A stretch of 60,294 nt of DNA from a virus. Position numbers and translations under genes: made by a program. Of the stretch, positions 59,156 to 60,294 are shown piece by piece (position 1 is the first letter of the stretch; each line of letters starts with the position of its first letter). Where the stretch lies: IMG/VR virus record IMGVR_UViG_3300027499_000002. The stretch is one strand, 5' to 3'. The notes below the pieces were generated by a model, which saw only the letters and a program-made list of their open reading frames with translations, did not search any database and was not told the DNA's origin.

Positions 59156-59670
59156 GATCGAGAATCAAAATCCTTGGAGACGCAATCGTAGCAACTCTCA
59201 ATCGCGATACGGATCTTGCAGCAAGAGCATTCACGCTTCGCAAGAAACCGTACAACCGAGGGCGAACTTGGGTTCCTGGTGGTCGGGTGTCTCCGCTCGG
59301 TAGCGAAGAACAAACCAACGAGAATTCACAAGACCGGCGAGCGTTCCGGTTTGTGATTTCAGTATCTGACCCAGGCGACGGGGATCTTGTCGGGGGAATG
59401 GAAGATCATCTTGGGGCGATAGAACGCATCGAAAATATCTTTGCGAACAAATCGCACGGCGAAATGCCGATCACGCTGCGGACCACTGCTCAGGCTGCGC
59501 TTGATGCTGCGACGGCTGCGGGGAAATTCCCAACGACAAAAATTCAAGCGATCGAACTCAAGTTTGCTCCGGTCTTCATTGATCCGGCATTCGAGGCCGG
59601 CTACGATGTGAGTTCCTGTATTTTGACGATTGAATGCCTGATTACTCGTTTGGATTCGAAAGCACTATGA
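59149..59670 (+). CDS. tail terminator/neck candidate (by position)
   Basis: 173 aa. Confidence 0.35.
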   Translation: MLGSRIKILGDAIVATLNRDTDLAARAFTLRKKPYNRGRTWVPGGRVSPLGSEEQTNENSQDRRAFRFVISVSDPGDGDLVGGMEDHLGAIERIENIFANKSHGEMPITLRTTAQAALDAATAAGKFPTTKIQAIELKFAPVFIDPAFEAGYDVSSCILTIECLITRLDSKAL

Positions 59671-59981
59671 GCAATGAAAACGTTGGAAAAGCCGAATCGA
59701 TCTTGGAAACGTTTCCAAAAACCGACTCGGTTATCGAGCTGTCCGGACTACCTGAAAGCGGTCTAGTTCCTGCCGAGCAGACCGAAACCAAGGCAACCAT
59801 CGATGGCGTGTGGATTGTCGACGGACGGCTTGCGGTTTGCAATACCGAAGAAGAAGCCGTGAAGCTTTACGAGTCCTGTTTCCATATTCAGACCAGTGCG
59901 ATTCCAAGCGATCGATTCCCAAAGCCGGGGGAAAAGGTCTTGCACTATCGGAAGATCGCGATGTACGGCAGTCCTGAGTGA
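59667..59981 (+). CDS. hypothetical protein
   Basis: 104 aa with an ATGA overlap. Confidence 0.4.
   Translation: MSNENVGKAESILETFPKTDSVIELSGLPESGLVPAEQTETKATIDGVWIVDGRLAVCNTEEEAVKLYESCFHIQTSAIPSDRFPKPGEKVLHYRKIAMYGSPE
59703..59718. repeat. palindrome copy TTGGAAACGTTTCCAA (16/16)
   Basis: Lies inside ORF 59667..59981, where it is read as L-E-T-F-P. Confidence 0.95.
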
Positions 59982-60031
59982 GCAGACGCGGCGTAGAATT
60001 CATGAAATTCTAAACCCTCGGAGCAAGCTAA

Positions 60032-60294
60032 ATGTCGCAAGCAACTGCAAGCCGTCTTATCGTTTCGGACTCTGTGACCTGGGGCAGCGGGATCGGGGTC
60101 GCGTTCAATGAATGCTCCCTGGTCGGGCAGCGAACAGTTGGCATCCATCAAGGCCATCGAGGCACGCGCCAGAGGGCTAGTTGTCGGGCTAGGACGCTAA
60201 CTCAGAAATCCGGTGGCAATATTTCCGGGAATTTCGGTGTCCAGGAAATCGATTTTTTCCTGCCCAGGGCGCTCGGTCACGCGGGGGCTGCTCC
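60032..60294 (+). CDS. major tail tube protein, N-terminal part (continues at 3..752 after collapsing the 127-bp repeat)
   Basis: From ATG 60032 there is no stop before the window end, and the frame is in phase with 3..752. Confidence 0.5.
   Translation, partial: MSQATASRLIVSDSVTWGSGIGVAFNECSLVGQRTVGIHQGHRGTRQRASCRARTLTQKSGGNISGNFGVQEIDFFLPRALGHAGAA
60168..60294. repeat. 127-bp terminal redundancy (copy of 1..127)
   Basis: Identical to the first 127 nt. Confidence 0.9.

Noticed and set aside
9594-59718. The palindrome copies as a CRISPR array or MITE-like mobile element
   Set aside because: The copies are 2-14 kb apart with no regular spacing, no flanking target-site duplications and no longer shared flanks beyond about 3 nt. 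They are single 16-18-bp sites, not repeat-spacer units or transposons.
1-60294. Diversity-generating retroelement, retron, toxin-antitoxin, CBASS-type or other defence cassettes
   Set aside because: I found no reverse transcriptase, no template/variable repeat pair in the tail fibre genes, and no recognisable cyclase, effector or TA pair in the translations. Absence is judged by eye only.

Overview
The first and last 127 nt of this window are identical, and an ORF reads in frame across that junction. The window is therefore one complete, circularly closed dsDNA phage genome of about 60,167 bp. It has about 100 ORFs, all on the + strand except one HTH gene at 44051..44644. I found no integrase, DNA polymerase, CRISPR array, reverse transcriptase or canonical tRNA.

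Gene order around the circle:
- Tail tube (wraps the junction), G/GT-type tail chaperone with a -1 frameshift, 759-aa tape measure, tail tip genes, a Cys-rich protein and a GT8-like glycosyltransferase (1-10.4 kb).
- Lysis cassette with a papain (C1)-like peptidase (10.4-12.8 kb).
- A 750-bp gene-free regulatory region.
- Small early genes behind triplicated sigma70-like promoter units (13.5-15.3 kb).
- CsrA-like protein and an AAA+/DUF1257/DUF2997 module.
- Recombination and replication genes: PD-(D/E)XK exonuclease, ERF annealase, ParB-like protein, SF2 helicase, HNH, RusA.
- ECF-like sigma factor.
- 7-deazaguanine DNA-modification cluster (two ParB-N proteins, DpdA-like, QueD-like, YhhQ-like, QueD, QueE, FolE; no QueC).
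- TerS and TerL.
- A 6.3-kb accessory island.
- A 1209-aa portal fused to a polyvalent tail (PARP-like ART and type IB topoisomerase).
- MuF-like protein, scaffold, capsid, connector genes, and an embedded thioredoxin-fold plus CarF/FAD4-type lipid desaturase pair.

Three signals stand out:
- A 16-bp perfect palindrome, TTGGAAACGTTTCCAA, is scattered 11 times through promoters and unrelated coding regions, in a genome that encodes three ParB-fold proteins.
- There appears to be a two-tier promoter system: triplicated early promoter units, one of which drives a phage sigma factor, plus 13 or more copies of a TTTTTYC-N-GGTGGCGTTAGA motif in front of middle and late operons.
- There are several unusual cargo modules: the QueC-less deazaguanine cluster, the portal-ART-TopoIB fusion and the desaturase/redoxin pair.

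All functional calls come from reading motifs in the translations by eye. No database search was run.
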